DNA from: Dipteris shenzhenensis
Taxonomy: Eukaryota
Assembly: GCA_047967505.1 (NCBI GenBank)
Contig: CM106538.1
Length of the DNA stretch: 64,000 bases
Strand: one strand, 5' to 3'
Within the stretch, counting starts at the first letter, position 1. Every line of letters starts with the position of its first letter. A program made the position numbers and the translations under genes. Of this stretch, positions 25,183 through 39,137 are shown in pieces. The notes beneath the pieces are model-generated. The model worked only from the letters and a program-made list of their open reading frames with translations, did no database searches and was not told the DNA's origin.

Positions 25183-28100
25183 TGTTAGATATTAATGCTC
25201 CACTCTCATGTAACTATGCGGAAACTAGCTAACTCTACTTGTAAGCCCCCCATATGAGGAGAAGGCATTTGAGTAGCTCGGTTATCTGGTAGGACCTGGT
25301 TTGGACACCAGATGGGGGCCATGTGTGGCCTGATGGCTGGACAGCTTCAGATAGAGTTGGCACACTACCAACTAGGCTACATACAAGTGCGGGAAGGCAT
25401 CCCATGACTGACCGCACTGAGGATAGATGGAGCATTTCCCGGGGCAGCCCACTCTCGAGTTGCGGGGCTTGTTTGGAGCCCCAGATGATCCCGGATAGCT
25501 CTGGGCCGAATGGCAACCGTAGGTGAGTTGGTCTATTCTACACCACAGTTCTATCGAGTGGTCAGTGGCCTATTTCGTGACCGACCCCCAGTCGGTCGTT
25601 TTGGGCGGACTGGCTCGATCACCAATTGGGTCTAACTAACTACGACCAGCAACCCTGATTCCTTAGCATCTAGCCTCCCTCCTCTATCATTTCCAGCATG
25701 CCATCAAAGCTCCTCTCACAGGAGCGCATGGCTGGGAGGCAGTGCCATCTATTGTATCAGTTTTACAGTAATCAAATTTTTGATTCTCCATACTATCTGC
25801 TTTTCTCTCTTGCATACGAGATCCTATTATCTGTTGAGCACAGACGTTGTATTGTTTTCTTACATGGTATCAGAGCTTGGAATCTAGCAAGAAGATTTGG
25901 TAGTGTGTTTTTGTTTGCGAGCAGATTGTGAGAGATGGCCCAGCCTGTAAGACTGCGAATCCCACCGTTCAGCGAAAGCGGAAAGTTGGATAGCACTAAC
26001 TATCCACTCTAGAAGTTCAAGATAAAGACCATCCTAAGCGCATATGAGCTTTGGGATACTACTACTGGGGTGAACATGAAGCAGAGGTTTGGTCATCTAA
26101 ACCTTACTTCTTTAAAGGAGATGCATAAAAGTGGAATGATTGCAGACCTACCAGACATTACAAATCAGGCCAATGTATGTGAAGCTTGCATGATGGGCAA
26201 GCAGCATCGGCAGCCCTTTCCTAAAGAGGCCAGCAGGGCAAAGGCTCCTCTAGAGCTCGTCGTTCCCATGGACCTCTGTGGAAAGATGGAGACGGAAGCT
26301 TTGGGTGGTTCCTACTACTTCATGACACTGATCGATGACTATAGTAGAAGGATATGGATATACTTCCTGAAGACTAAAGATGAGGCTTTTAGTAAGTTCA
26401 AAGAATGGCACGTAATGGTCGAGAAAGAAATGGGGAGGAAGGTGAAGAAGTTGAGATCAGACAGAGGTGGTGAGTTCACATCAAGTGAATTCGAAAGTTA
26501 CTGCAAAAGTCATGGGATCAAGAGGCAGAAACCCCCGCCACATACATCACAGCAAAATGGAGTAGCAGAGTGCAAGATGTGCGTCATCTGCGAAATGGGC
26601 AGGAGTATGATAAAAGGGAAAGATTTGCCAAAGACTTTCTGGGCTGAAGCATGTAACATGGCAGTTTACATTCTGAATCGTAGCTATATGAAGGCTGTGA
26701 ACAGGATGACTCCACTGCAAGCCTTTTCTGGTAAGAAGCCTTCAGCTACACATTTTAGAGTTTTTGGATGTGACTGTTTTGTGCATGTCCCTGATGCTAA
26801 CAAGACCAAATGGGAACCAAAGAGCCGGAAGTGCATTTTCTTAGGCTACAGTGAAGAGGCGAAGGGTTATCGTCTCTATAATCCTGTTACCAAGAAGGTA
26901 ATAGCAAGTTGCGATGTGGTCTTCTCAGAACAACCGCATCAATTAGAGGAGGATGCTTCCTTCCCAGACAACCAAGACGAGGATATCCATCCAGTACAAT
27001 CACCAACAGCAGACCGAACTCCCCCAACAATGCTTAGGAGGATCCAAGATAAAGACGAGGAAGAAGAGCCTACAGAACCACAACGGCAACAACCATTCCC
27101 GAAGTGGGTAAAGCAGCTTTTGGATGGTAGAGAACCTCCAGCCATTGAGGAGGAACCATCCGAACACCGCTGGTCCAAGAGATTAGAGGAGCAAAGAAGG
27201 GCACAGGAATACTTGGTCAACTATGCTTTGATGATAGAGGTGATCCGTGCTGAAGAACCCAAGTGTCTTGAAGAGGCACAGGGTGATGATAGGTGGATGG
27301 AGGCTATGCAGTCGGAGTATGGCTCCATAATGAAGAACAACACTTGGGACCTTGTGGATCGACCACCAAAATGCAAGGTAATCGGCACCAAGTGGGTGTA
27401 CAAGACCAAGCACAAGTTCGACGCACGTTGGATAAGTACAAGGCTTGGCTTGTGGCAAAAGGATTCGCACAGGTACATGGTTTTGATTATCAGGATACTT
27501 TTGCTCCCACAGCTCCACTAACCACAATTTGCAGTTGTTTGGCTTTAGCAGCACAGGGGGTTTCAGATGGATGTAAAATCCGCCTTTCTAAATGGAGATC
27601 TCAAGGAGGAGGTATACATGGAACAACCACCATGTTTTGTGATCCCCAGTTCAGAAGGTAAAGTCTGTAAACTAAAGAAGGCACTTTACGGGCTGAAATA
27701 GGCCCCATGAGCATGGTACCAGCAAATTGATGCCTACTTTCTGCAAAACGGGTTCAAGAGGAGCCCATCTGATGCAAATTTGTATATCTTCAGAGAAGGA
27801 GGCAGGTGTATGATCATGGTCCTTTATGTGGACGACCTTGTCATAATAGGGAACCATGAAAAGAAGATCTCGCAGACAAAGCATTTGCTAGGAAGAGAGT
27901 TTGAAATGACAGACCTCGGACTAATGCATTTCTGTTTGGGGATTGAAGTTTGGCAAGAGCCAAAACAGATCTTCATCTCACAGCTGAAGTACAGCTGAAG
28001 TATGCTGGAGAGATACTAAAGGCATTTGGCATGGCTGAGTGCAAGACAGTTGGCACCCCTATGGAGGTTAATGTGAAGCTCTCAAATGAGGATTCATCAC

Positions 28101-29550
28101 CACTAGTGGACGAAGCGAAGTACAGAAGGCTTGTGGGCAGTTTGATTTACTTGAGAAACACGCGGCCGGACATCAACTTTGCGACTGGTGTACTAAGCAG
28201 GTTTTCCAATAAGCCCCGGGAGAGCCATTGGAGGGCAAGGATGTGGGTGCTGAAATACATCTAAGGCACACTTGATTATGGCATCACCTATACCAAGGGC
28301 AATACCTTGACTGGATTCTGTGACTCGGATTGGGTAGGAGACATGGACAGTAGGAGATCAGTGACAGGCAGCTGTTTCTCACTTGGATCTGGAGCTGTGT
28401 CATGGGTCAGCAAGAAGCAACCTATAGTTGCTCTTTCTTCTACCGAGGCTGAGTACAAATCAACATGTTTTGCTTCTCGTGAGGCAGTGTGGTTGAGGAG
28501 GATTTTAGGGGATATGGTTGCAGTGCAGAACAAGCCTGAACAAGCCTATGCAGTTATCATGTGACAATCAGAGTTGCATGGCAATTGCAAAGAACCCTGT
28601 GTTCCACACTCACACAAAACACATTGAGATTCAATATCACTTTATACGCGAGCTCATCATGGATGGAGAGGTTGACTTGGTGTACTGTCCGATTACAGAG
28701 TCCGATTACAGAGAATACTGTGGACATCTTCACGAAGGATCTTGGAAGAGACTTGCTGGAGAGGCATCTTCATCGACTTGGCCTTGGGCTGAAAAAGTAA
28801 GTTCACTTATGGGTGGACATTGAGGGGGGGTGTTAGATATCAATGCTCCACTCTCGTGTAAGAATGTGGGAACCAGCTAACTCTACTTGTAAGCCCCCCA
28901 TATGAGGAGAAGGCATTTAAGTAGCTCGCTTATCTGGTAGGACCTGGTTTGGACACCAGATGGGGGCCTGGTAGGACCTGGTTTAGACACCAGATGGGGG
29001 CCATGTGTGGCCTGATGGCTGGACGGCTTCAGATAGAGTTGGCACACTGCCAACTAGGCTACATGCAAGTGCAGGAAGGCATCCCATGCCTGACCGCACT
29101 GAGGGTAGACGGAGTATTTCTTGGGGCAGCCCACTCTTGGGTTGCGGGGCCCGTTTGGAGCCCCTGATGATCTCGAATGGCTCTGGGCCGAACGGTAACC
29201 GTAGGTGAGTTGCTCTATTCTATGCCACGATTCTATCATGTGGTCGGTGGCCTATTTTGGCACCAACCCCCAATCGGCCATTTTCGGCGGACTGTGTCGA
29301 TCACCAATTGGGTCTAACAGACTACGACTGGTGGCTATATAAGAGCAAGCCCGTGAAGCCCATCATCATCACTAGCTACAGCAACCCTAATTCCTTAGCA
29401 TCCAGCCTCCGTCCTCTACTATTTCCAGCATGCCATCGAAGCTCCTCTCATAAGAGCGCATGGCTAGGAGGCAACGGCTAGGAGGTAGCGCCATCTATTG
29501 TATCAGTTTTACAGTAATCAAATTTTTGATTCTCCATACTATCTGCATAC
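25183..29550 (+). mobile_element. Ty1/copia LTR retrotransposon, internally deleted, 3' LTR truncated
   Basis: 5' LTR 25183-25864 (TGTTAG...TTACA); PBS TGGTATCAGAGC 25865-25876; PPT TGAGGGGGGG 28821-28830; 3' LTR 28831-~29550. Domain order INT-RT-RH. Confidence 0.93.
25935..28800 (+). pseudogene. Copia polyprotein pseudogene: gag start fused in frame to GAG-pre-integrase/INT, then RT and RNase H
   Basis: MAQPV...TNYPL*KFKIKTILSAYELWD joined to QRFGHLN...[85 protein letters not shown]. Multiple frameshifts. Confidence 0.9.
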
Positions 29551-30019
29551 TTCTGAATGATTTAGTATCCAATAGCCACTGATCTTAGTAATTCTGCTTT
29601 TGTACTCTAAACTATTGGAGAAGCATACTGGAGAAGATCTGTTACTAGTCTAGCTTTGTACTATAAACTATCGAGGAAATATACTAGAGAAGTTGTGCTA
29701 CCAGTCTAGCTCTAAAGCTATATACATACTTTGAATTGTAATAGTCCTCCTTCAATTGTATCAAACGGTGATGCAAATTGATTTTTTGAAATCCTACATG
29801 AACCTTTTGTACATGAATCACTCATAATGAAAAGCTTGTGGTTCTTTCAGGTGATAAGGTCTCGACCTTCGTTGTTGATTTTATTGATTTCCCATATGCT
29901 ATCTTTAAAGTCTCAAAAGAACTTACCCTGGAGTTTTAATTTGCATTCAATTTTTCTACCATTGAATAACATTACATGTTATACGTACTACAAATAAGAG
30001 AAATAATAATTCTATGTAA

Positions 30020-30190
30020 AAACATCTCAAATGGGATTAATCGTTGAGAGAAATCAAAACGTCAATTGTATTAATACAAAAATGAGTGAGTCATAAGCAA
30101 AGACATCCCAAATGGGGTTGTTGAGATGAATCAAAACTCATATTACAAGTATTTTATCAATGCAAAAATGAGTGAGTCATAATCAAAATC
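30020..30190. repeat. Tandem duplication (~80 bp x2)
   Basis: ACATC.CAAATGGG...AATCAAAAC...CAAAAATGAGTGAGTCATAA occurs twice. Confidence 0.7.
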
Positions 30191-30599
30191 TAAAGTACAA
30201 CTACAATGACAATATCTACTCCTATGCATATGAAGTGGAGGTTGTTCATTAGGTAAAGGCTGCAGCCCCTCAGACACAATGACACATTTAAGCAGCATAT
30301 CCTCCTCATGTGGATGATAAGCAATATAGGCTCCTTCCCTTTATCAGGCTCCATGATAGCAGTAGTAGCCTCCATGATAGTGGGCTCCATCATTCCAAAA
30401 CCACTACCTCTAGATCTTTCTCTGCGTGTCTCTCGGGATGCTTTATGATTGTAACCAAGGAGCATTTCTATGACTAGGGTCAAGCTTTGCTTGGGTGTAG
30501 CCAATCGTGAAACTATTTTTAGGGCCATTTTCGGGTCGTGAAGCGATGCGCTCCTGGAGGAATATTTTAATTTTTCATGGACCCACGCTCTCGCCGATC

Positions 30600-31050
30600 C
30601 ATTGGTGTAATAATGAGATGCAATCTATTTGTTTAAAACACTGCATAGCTCGACACATGGCCTCTCTGCACTTATCATTGCATAGCCTTTTGCTACAGCT
30701 TTGCCACCTGTCGCACGCATGTAGATCATTAAAATTGAATGTTGGCTTGGAGAGACCATCGCGCTGGTTCTTGGCATAATAATTAGATGCAATCTATCAT
30801 TTTGAACACTGCCATAGCATAGTCTCTGGCTTGACCACTTGTCATCGTGCAGCCTTTTGCCGCATCTTTGTTCGTAGCCCATGAAAATCATAGGTTGGCT
30901 TGGATAGACCACCGTGCTGGTTTTTGGCATAATAATGAGATGCAATCTATCATTTTGAGCATCGCCTCAGTGCAGTCTCTGACAACCTATCATCACCCAC
31001 ATTTCAAGGTTGTCTTGGAGAGACCACCGTACTAGTTCTTGGAGTTATAG
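30600..31050. repeat. Degenerate tandem repeat (~150-165 bp, about 3 units)
   Basis: Recurrent TTGGA.AGACCA.CG..CT.GTT.TTGG and ATAAT.AGATGCAATCTAT at ~30610, ~30780 and ~30932. Confidence 0.7.
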
Positions 31051-31200
31051 CTCCGTTACCTATTTTTATGTATTATAGGAGGAGGTCTATGACGACCAAT
31101 GCATTGGCAAACAGAAGGAGATCTATGAAAGTCATAGTGCTGGTTCTTGGAGTTATATATTTGTGTACCAAGGAAAATATATTCCATTGTGCAACCAAGC

Positions 31201-31365
31201 AAAATGCAATTGACGAAATGGCCCTTGAGGGGTCCCCTTTAGGGGCAAGGGCCATATCGACATGCCATTTTTATCCAGTGGCATCCTGGATATTGTATAA
31301 TGCACGTCGATATGGCCCTTGCCCCTAGAGGAGACCCTCAAGGGCCATATCGTCAATTGCATTTT
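31201..31365. repeat. Near-perfect ~165-nt hairpin built on the GGCCCTTGAGGGGTCCCCTTTAGGGGCAAGGGCC motif
   Basis: 31201-31265 is approximately the reverse complement of 31302-31365. The same motif pair recurs at 49512-49607. Confidence 0.85.
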
Positions 31366-32597
31366 TTGAAAGTTTAATTGTATTTTTCTAAATGTATCTC
31401 CATGCAACCACAATGGTGGGGTCGTTGGAGTTCTTTTAGTGCTATTTTGGTCATAAACCAAGGAAATTGTAGTCCTTCTTTCTTGGTATTTTAGTCCTTG
31501 TTGCAGTAAATATAAATGAGGGAAAAAGTACAATTTATCGAGTGAAAATTGAGCAAAAGAGATTACAATATACATCTACATCTAATAACAGGTTATAGAA
31601 AATTTATAAACTTATACCAAGCAAAAATTGAACAAAAACTCGGCAATTGTTGAGAGCCTTAAAGGCCAAAAGGTTAGAGGTAGCAGCCATAACCATTCAA
31701 ATACATATATAAAAGTTAACAATATTGCATAATGAGAGCCTCAAATTGAACAAAAAGAGATTATATAAATGCCTTAGAGACTAAAACATTACATCCAGTG
31801 AGCCAAAAGATCGTTGACAGCCCAAAAGATTACATCCAGCCATTGCTAAGAGCCTCATCCGAGCAAGAGGAAATTTGTACAACTCAGTTTTCTGCTAGTC
31901 TAGCTTGTTGCATTAAAATTTTTTACGGAGCCAAAGGAGGATACAATGGAGAGGCCGAAGATTACTAGGACTCAAATTACGGACCCCTCAACAAGTCGGG
32001 AGTACTCTGCTTTGAAAATACTGAGGCCTTTGGCAACATCTAGGGGGAACCCATACAACACAGCCATGAGGCACTCTCTGAGCATGTCATCTAAGGTGAT
32101 GATATTCACATGTGTGGGGAATCGCCTGTGGGAACGAAGGATCTCCAGTGCTAGCATTTCTACTTCAGGTGAGTGCAACACAATCACCTTATATGTGAAG
32201 GCAGATATTATTGGGATCACAGAGCATCGAGGGGTGGTGGTAGTGGGCATGCTAAAGATGAGTGGGTGAGCAGCAGATGAGCAAGGGAGCAATGCAGTGA
32301 TGAGAGTTGGAGGAGAGAGCATGGAGAAAAGTAGCATAGGGGTAGAAAAGAGCTAGAGGAGGGGTGTGGAGCAAAGTAGCAGAGCATGGACGAGATCACA
32401 GAGCAACATAGTAAAATGCCAAATGCCACGGATCTTATATATATTATAAAGTTCAAGCCACCATAGTGGTTGGAGCCCGAGGTTCCATCCATATGAATTG
32501 CAGGCCATTACAGAATCCCCCAGACGGGCTGGTAATCATGAAGAAGATGCCATGTGGCACCACTCTGGTGGTTGGTAATTAATTGCCAGCCTAGTAG

Positions 32598-32900
32598 AAT
32601 CTTAGCCACAGTAGACATGGTTGATGAGAGCCACCACCACCAAGCAGTAATTCCCACAAAAGGTAAATCATGAAGCTCTAATCACTCTCATTAGCATGCA
32701 CTCTAGTTCTCTACTGAGCATGTGAGCCCAGTGACTGGTAATTTTTACTGCACTCGTAGTGATCATGCATGCTAAAGCACAGTGGTGGGTGAGCGGTGGC
32801 ACGGTGGAATCATAGCCACGTTAGACATGGCTGATGACAGCCACCACCATCGGGCAATAATTCCCACAAAAGTAAATCATGAAGCCTAATCACCTCTAAT
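32598..32900. repeat. Direct repeat (~90 bp x2, ~210 bp apart)
   Basis: AATC.TAGCCAC..TAGACATGG.TGATGA.AGCCACCACCA...AATTCCCACAAAAG..AATCATGAAGC occurs twice. Confidence 0.7.
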
Positions 32901-33077
32901 CCCTCATTTACCATGCACTCTAGTACAAGCTTGCCAACATACCTCCAAGATGTGCTGAAGAAAACCATTCACTTCTTTTCTGATATGAGAGGAACCTGCA
33001 AGTTCTGGTAGGTTCAAGCAATAGTAGAGCAACTGAAAGGACGTGATGTACCTTTCTCAAGGGCGATCTCCAAGAGC

Positions 33078-34100
33078 ATGAAAACCAACCTAAAGAATTG
33101 CATGGATGGCAAATCTCAATTGTCATCTCAGCTCGCTGGAGTTGCAATGCACCTGATGGCATCTACCCTCAAAGGGATTTTTGAGCAATACGATAAGCAG
33201 ATGTCTCAGAAGGTGACTTTTATACAAGAGAGAGCCACCGATGTAACTAAGGTAGTGCAACGTGAGAAAAGTATCAAGGAAGGTGCATAAGCCAAGGTAG
33301 AGGAGGCACAAGTGAGGGCCTTGCAAGCATAAGAGCAAGCTGAGGCCGCTACAAAATTGGTCGACGTGGAAAGGCATAGAAGCGCATGAAGGAGCTTCGA
33401 GATAGGCTCGAAGAAGTGAGAAATGACGGGACATGGCAAACAAGGAGCTAGAAAAGATGCGAAAGGATCTTGACAATTAGAGAGCTGAAAAGGAAGGTCT
33501 TTACAAATGGCTCTGCAACATGCAGAATGCATCAAACATTAAAAAAGACCAGATGATGGAGGAGTTAATAAGGGAGAATGTAGAAACTAGAAAGGTGATG
33601 TAGGAGCTGCAAGAGAGCCAAAGGCCAGGAAGGATGGGGTAGAGAGTAGCCGAGGTGGAGAAGACAATGAGGCAGCTACCCAAGCCAGGAAGGATGCAGA
33701 GAGCAACCACGTTGAGGGTTGTTTTTTCAAAACAATTTTGGAAGTCCAAAGAGCAAGCTACAAGACCCTGCAAAAAGACCAGGATAGGTGTTTGCACGAG
33801 CTTGCCATGGCTTTCGACAGTTATGAAAAGCAGTCCGTCATCCTAAGAGATTTCCAAACTAGAGTGGAAGTCTTAGAAATGGCCCATGAAGATATTTTTT
33901 AGCAATTTATGCAACTTCAACAGATGCTGAGGGATTCAGATGAAGCTGTTGCAAAGAGTGAGCAAAAAGTGGAGGAGATGAAGGAGAACATCCCCACCCT
34001 TAAAATGAGGGAGGAAGGAATCAAGAAGCAACTTCTTCATGTACAGAGCAAGACTATGATATTGATGGCCGCAATAGTTAAATCGGCGGATGCCTATCCT
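33078..34100 (+). pseudogene. Decayed coiled-coil coding sequence, probably a TE accessory gene
   Basis: E/K/Q/A-rich reading (FEQYDKQMSQKVTFIQERATDV...AKVEEAQVRALQA*EQAEAA...QLQQMLRDSDEAVAKSEQKVEEMKE) broken by many stops. Confidence 0.4.
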
Positions 34101-36479
34101 GTCTACTCTCTTAATTGTAGAAACTTCACAATTGACTACTAACATATTATTTTGCAAGTGCAGTTATTTGGGATTTTGTACTTCACGAATGTCAATGAAG
34201 ATCTTGTGGAGCATGTTTGTGAGACTTGTTGAGGATCTTGTGTAAGTAGAGATCCACTTCGCCCATATTGCTATTCTTGCAAAGGCCTTCAAAATGTTGA
34301 ATGAGTCCCAAGTTTGACGGGGGACATAGTGCAACGCAATGGAGAGCAAGTTCCAATTCATGTTTGAGGCCCTTATGTGGACATCATATTGTCATTAGGT
34401 GTTCCTTTTCTACAAATTATGAAGAAGATCTTATGATGGCATGCAGCGAGCTCAAAGCTACAAAACCTAGTGGAAGCTTCACTATCAATAGCTCCGGCTT
34501 TGTATTTGCATTTGGTCCTAATGCATAATTTGTTTTCTTTACTTCTATAAAGCACTCCTACAATTTCAATTTTAATAAATAGTATTCTTATTTCTATACT
34601 TTTCCATTGACTCAAATAAAAATTACATGTGATTCTAACAATGACTATTGAAGTCATTCTTCATAGAAGACAATTCGAAAAAGATGAAGCTTTTGACTTA
34701 GAATATCCTTTTAACACAAATGTCATTGTTTATCTTTTGGAAAATTTCCCAACCTTAACCTATGAAGAAATATTCAAGCTTTTGTTTGAGAACATTATTT
34801 TGGATTTTGAAATTTAGGTGTTGCCATTTACCCATTGCTCATTGTTTCAGGCTTAACTTGGAGCTTTGATAGTGGAGTTGTAGGAGAGGAATGAGCGAAG
34901 AAGTGTGTGTGTGGATGGGAAAAAGGTGAAAACTATCATTTTTTATTGGAAAGCTTTTTTGATCATGGGAAGCTTGTTTTCTATATTTGTTAGTGTTTTG
35001 AAGTGATAGGAAGGTAGCTTAGAAGATTGCTAAAGTGTGTGTAATAGCAAAGTCCAACAAAAACACCCAAAAATGGAGATGAAGCTTAATTTCAAAGTGG
35101 TTCTTGAGTTCGGACAGCCCCACTTGTAGAAATATCTCATTCATGCACCAAAAGTTGATGTTTTTAGCTCTTTTTGTTTAGTACAGGTAGTTTAGGTAGT
35201 GCATAGCACCCACAGACACTCAGAGCTGGGACCAAAACTAAAAAGTCACTAGAAATCACCAAATAGAGGTCGGCAAACTTCGTTTCTCTCTATGTCATTG
35301 ATAGCTTTTTAGCATCTTTGGCATTTGCAACTTCAATTGCCTTAAGGTTATCGTGAATATTTTGACATTTATTATAGAAGTATGGATTAATTCACGAGTT
35401 ATAAGGTCCCAGAGTTAATGGATTTTGGGGCTCTATATGTTCATTTTTAGCATAAATTTTGGTAATCAAAATTGCCATTAAGCAACTCCAAACCTATTGG
35501 ACTTTGTAAATGTCAGTGAGACTGCTCATAGGACTCAGCAAATGGCCAAGAACACTTGAGATCCAAGTTTTTTTAAGCATGAATTCAAAGATCTAAATGA
35601 TCAATAAACAATTGCATACCTACTCATCTTTGTTTATATCTATGGCAACTCATAGGACTTAGCAAAATGGCCAGGAAGCTTGAGATCCATTGCCCTGTTT
35701 TTGGGTTCCATGCATATGATCTCAAATACTGTTGTAATGTCTATTTTTGGCATAAGTGTTTTCCTTATTTTATATAAGGCTCCTCAAAATGAGATACTGC
35801 TTCCTGCATTAAGAGCCACTTTCCACAGTAGGAAAGAGACTTTCCCTCATCACCTTGTTCCATATGCCACATTTTCCACATTTTCCACCTGCTAAGGAGA
35901 GGCACCGTAGGACCACTCTATAGTGCAATCATCAATACATTAGCCTGATAGAGCATTTTTATAGAGCCGTCTTCCCTATAACCCACTACATTGATCTTCC
36001 CTTGGTGTTTAGGATAGAGTTTGTAGGCTAAGAGTCTAGGATTCTCTCCATCACTACCCTAATTAGATCTACCTCACTATTTGTGAGGTGAACTCTACCA
36101 CATAATTGGTCAATTGTCAACCAATCAATGTAGCATCCCACGGTTCATGCCACCTTATGATTCCCTTCTTGTAAAGGTTCCTTGCGCATACTATATCATG
36201 GAGCGCAAAGGGTTCCACATCCTTTATCAATGCAATAGACCACCAAATGGTCCAGGCAAGGCTCACATCCCCTCTCAGACCTCCCTTACCTTTCCATGTT
36301 AGACATGGCAAATATTCTTTCCAGGCCACCACCAATCCATTGATTAGGTCCAAACCTACTTAGAGTGCATATTAAAAAGAAAGAAACAATGATGCTATAA
36401 ACTTTTCTTGCAAAAATGGCAACGTTTCTACCGATTTAGGAATGCTTTTCCCTAAAAATCAATTCATGGAAGCAAGCCT

Positions 36480-36815
36480 TTCCCTAGGAATAAAGCATAT
36501 AAATGGTGGATGAGCCTTAGAGAAAGTATTGAAATTCCAAAGAATTGGACTGAGTTTCAGCAAGCTTTTCTCAAATAATTTTAACTTGAAAATGAGATTA
36601 AAAGGGCATGGGATTCAAGTTTGGATAAAAATACTGTAGACTAATATATCACCAATTATAGGGAGGTAGTCCTTAAACTACAAAGGGGATTGACTGAGTC
36701 CCAGAAAATAAGAGGTTTCATGAGGGGTTTGAAAGATAATTATAAGGTTGAGGTGAGGTGAAATTCTCCCATAACCTTTAAGGAGGCTATTAACTATGCC
36801 CAAACATATAATATA
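36480..36815 (+). pseudogene. Ty3/gypsy gag remnant
   Basis: WWMSLRESIEIPKNWTEFQQAF and GLTESQKIRGFMRGLKDNYKVEVR*NSPITFKEAINYAQ. Confidence 0.6.
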
Positions 36816-39014
36816 ATAGGGAGATTTATAATTGGAATTGTGGAATAACTAGCTTTGTCTAGAGATTAATAGACTTCTCAATTCAAAAAGGAAGGGACAA
36901 TTTAAGAAGGAGGTCTCTTAGGTAGATCCTAGGTTATGCCAAATGATTTTGAAAAGAGAGGATTATGAATAGGCTAATCAAGAAAATATTTGGTTTTCAC
37001 GTAGCTGGTGTGCTACTGGGATAGAGTGTTTAGAGCCTTTCAAATGGTGGGTCTAAATTGATGGCGGGAATAAGATCAATGCCATATGACATCCCCAAGA
37101 CCCCTACCTTGGAATGATGATTGTCAATGTGGAAGATGCTCTAAAGGCATGGGAAACTAATAAAGTAGGAGAAGCTTGAATGAAGAGAGGGGAAACATGG
37201 TTCTCTTTAGGTAACTATCTATCTCACTTATAATTCCAAGCACTCAATCATAAGACAAAGGGAGGGGGTTGCATTGCTCTTGCCTTATGTCCTAAAGGGT
37301 AGCTAGAGGTTGCCCTATCTCTTGCCTTACCTCATCACAAGCTACCATGTTTTCTTTGGAAGGGTCATGGCTATCCTTATGAGATCTCAAAGGGAAACCT
37401 ATCGAAAAACCATCCTTTTGGCCACCCAGTTTTGGACCACTATTCTTGTAGTGTTGATTCATGATGAAACGTTGAACTTCACAACTCGCATTCAACCATA
37501 TTTCTCATCCTACATCCATTCATTTAACTTGTGAACAGCCTTGTTATAAGGAGAGGATATTTTGCATGGGAAGTACAAAAGGCTGAGGAGCATGGCCACT
37601 AACATAACAAGATGCATTTGAGAAGGAGAGACATGGTGAGCAAGCAGATTTGTGCTTCAAAAAATTGTAATTGCAACTCCTGAATGAGTGCCAAAATGAT
37701 TTCTTGGACCTTTAAATGCATAGATCCTTTAGGTTTTTGGCCTCTAGCTCACATATTACATTTTATTTCATAATTGATATTACCTTTAATGGAGAGCTCA
37801 CAACATGTGGTCTATGACTATTAAAGTATGCATTTAAAGGACATCAACAAGCTCATTATGAAGCATGAGATGTTGGTGATATGGCCTTTGAAACCTCAAG
37901 ACGATGGAAAAGGAAGCCAATAGAGGCACAACATATGAAGAACTTTGGAGGACAAAAGCAAGCAAGTTTTATCCCTACACAATCAATGTGAGAGCATGGC
38001 CACTCAAACATGTAGTTGTTGAGATCATTGAATTCGATAGAACACTCAATGGATTTGCATCAAGGTACATGGGAAACACTATATCAAAATGATGTGTCCA
38101 TGTGCTTCACTAAGTTAACACAAGCTTCTCAGCTTGATCATCCAAGAGTCTATTTCTTAAAGTATGCATATGTGGCTTTTGTCAAAGCTTGAATATTAAT
38201 GTGACTAACCCATTGTTATGTTGAGGCTTGGCTAACTCATTGCAACACCTTGCAACTCATGATTATACACCCGCACCACCTTATGAATCTCATACATGAA
38301 GACAAGGATCTCTTTGGCCTTTGTGTTCCACCATTCAAGGCCAAGAAAATAGACAAAACTATGTAAGGGGTTGTGAGAGATTGCTCCCATCATGGCCCAC
38401 CAAACAATTACCATGGCTCCTTGCTTTTGTACCATTGATCGAATATTCTTCTCTCATTCTCTTGACTTGAATGAAGAGATAGTTTTATTGCAATAATGAG
38501 AGCTTGCCTAGTACTCCAAAATTGCATCTAGCCTTTTCTAATGGCTAGACCCTTCAAGTCTAGGACCTTAAGCATCACTTTTGACATAGCCCATCAGATA
38601 TAGAGGTTTAGGAGACCTCGGCTTCTGCCAATAACAGGAGACAACTCGATAGATGCAGATCCAAGACATCTTTGTAGCCCATCGGCAAGCCACTGTGGTG
38701 CCAAGTTTCAGATTTTGAGTTGAGATCTAAAGTGTGTACTACATACACGTATAAAATTGTAAAGTATTCTACAAGAGTTCTTACTACATTTGGCATTTTT
38801 CATAACAACTTTGCAAAACTTTTTTAGGTCCTATCTAACTTTGATAGTACACTTGGATATAGGTCCCTAGACTTTCATGTCTTATATATTGATTATCATG
38901 TGAAAAGGCTCCCCTCAAAGTAATATAGCCATTATATTCTTCATGCTTGTCCATTGATTTGAGACAATTGTGCACCTGGTGTTGTGTAACTATGAGAAAA
39001 TATATGATTGATAG

Positions 39015-39016
<2 letters not shown>

Positions 39017-39072
<56 letters not shown>

Positions 39073-39137
39073 GTTTATTTGTGTGTGTCTCTCTCTCATG
39101 TTTATTTGTGTCTGTGCATGCATGTGTGCATGCACGC

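Noticed and set aside
30600-31050. Repeat-spacer-like array resembling CRISPR
   Set aside because: Units are long and degenerate, spacers are related to each other, there are no cas genes, and the context is eukaryotic.
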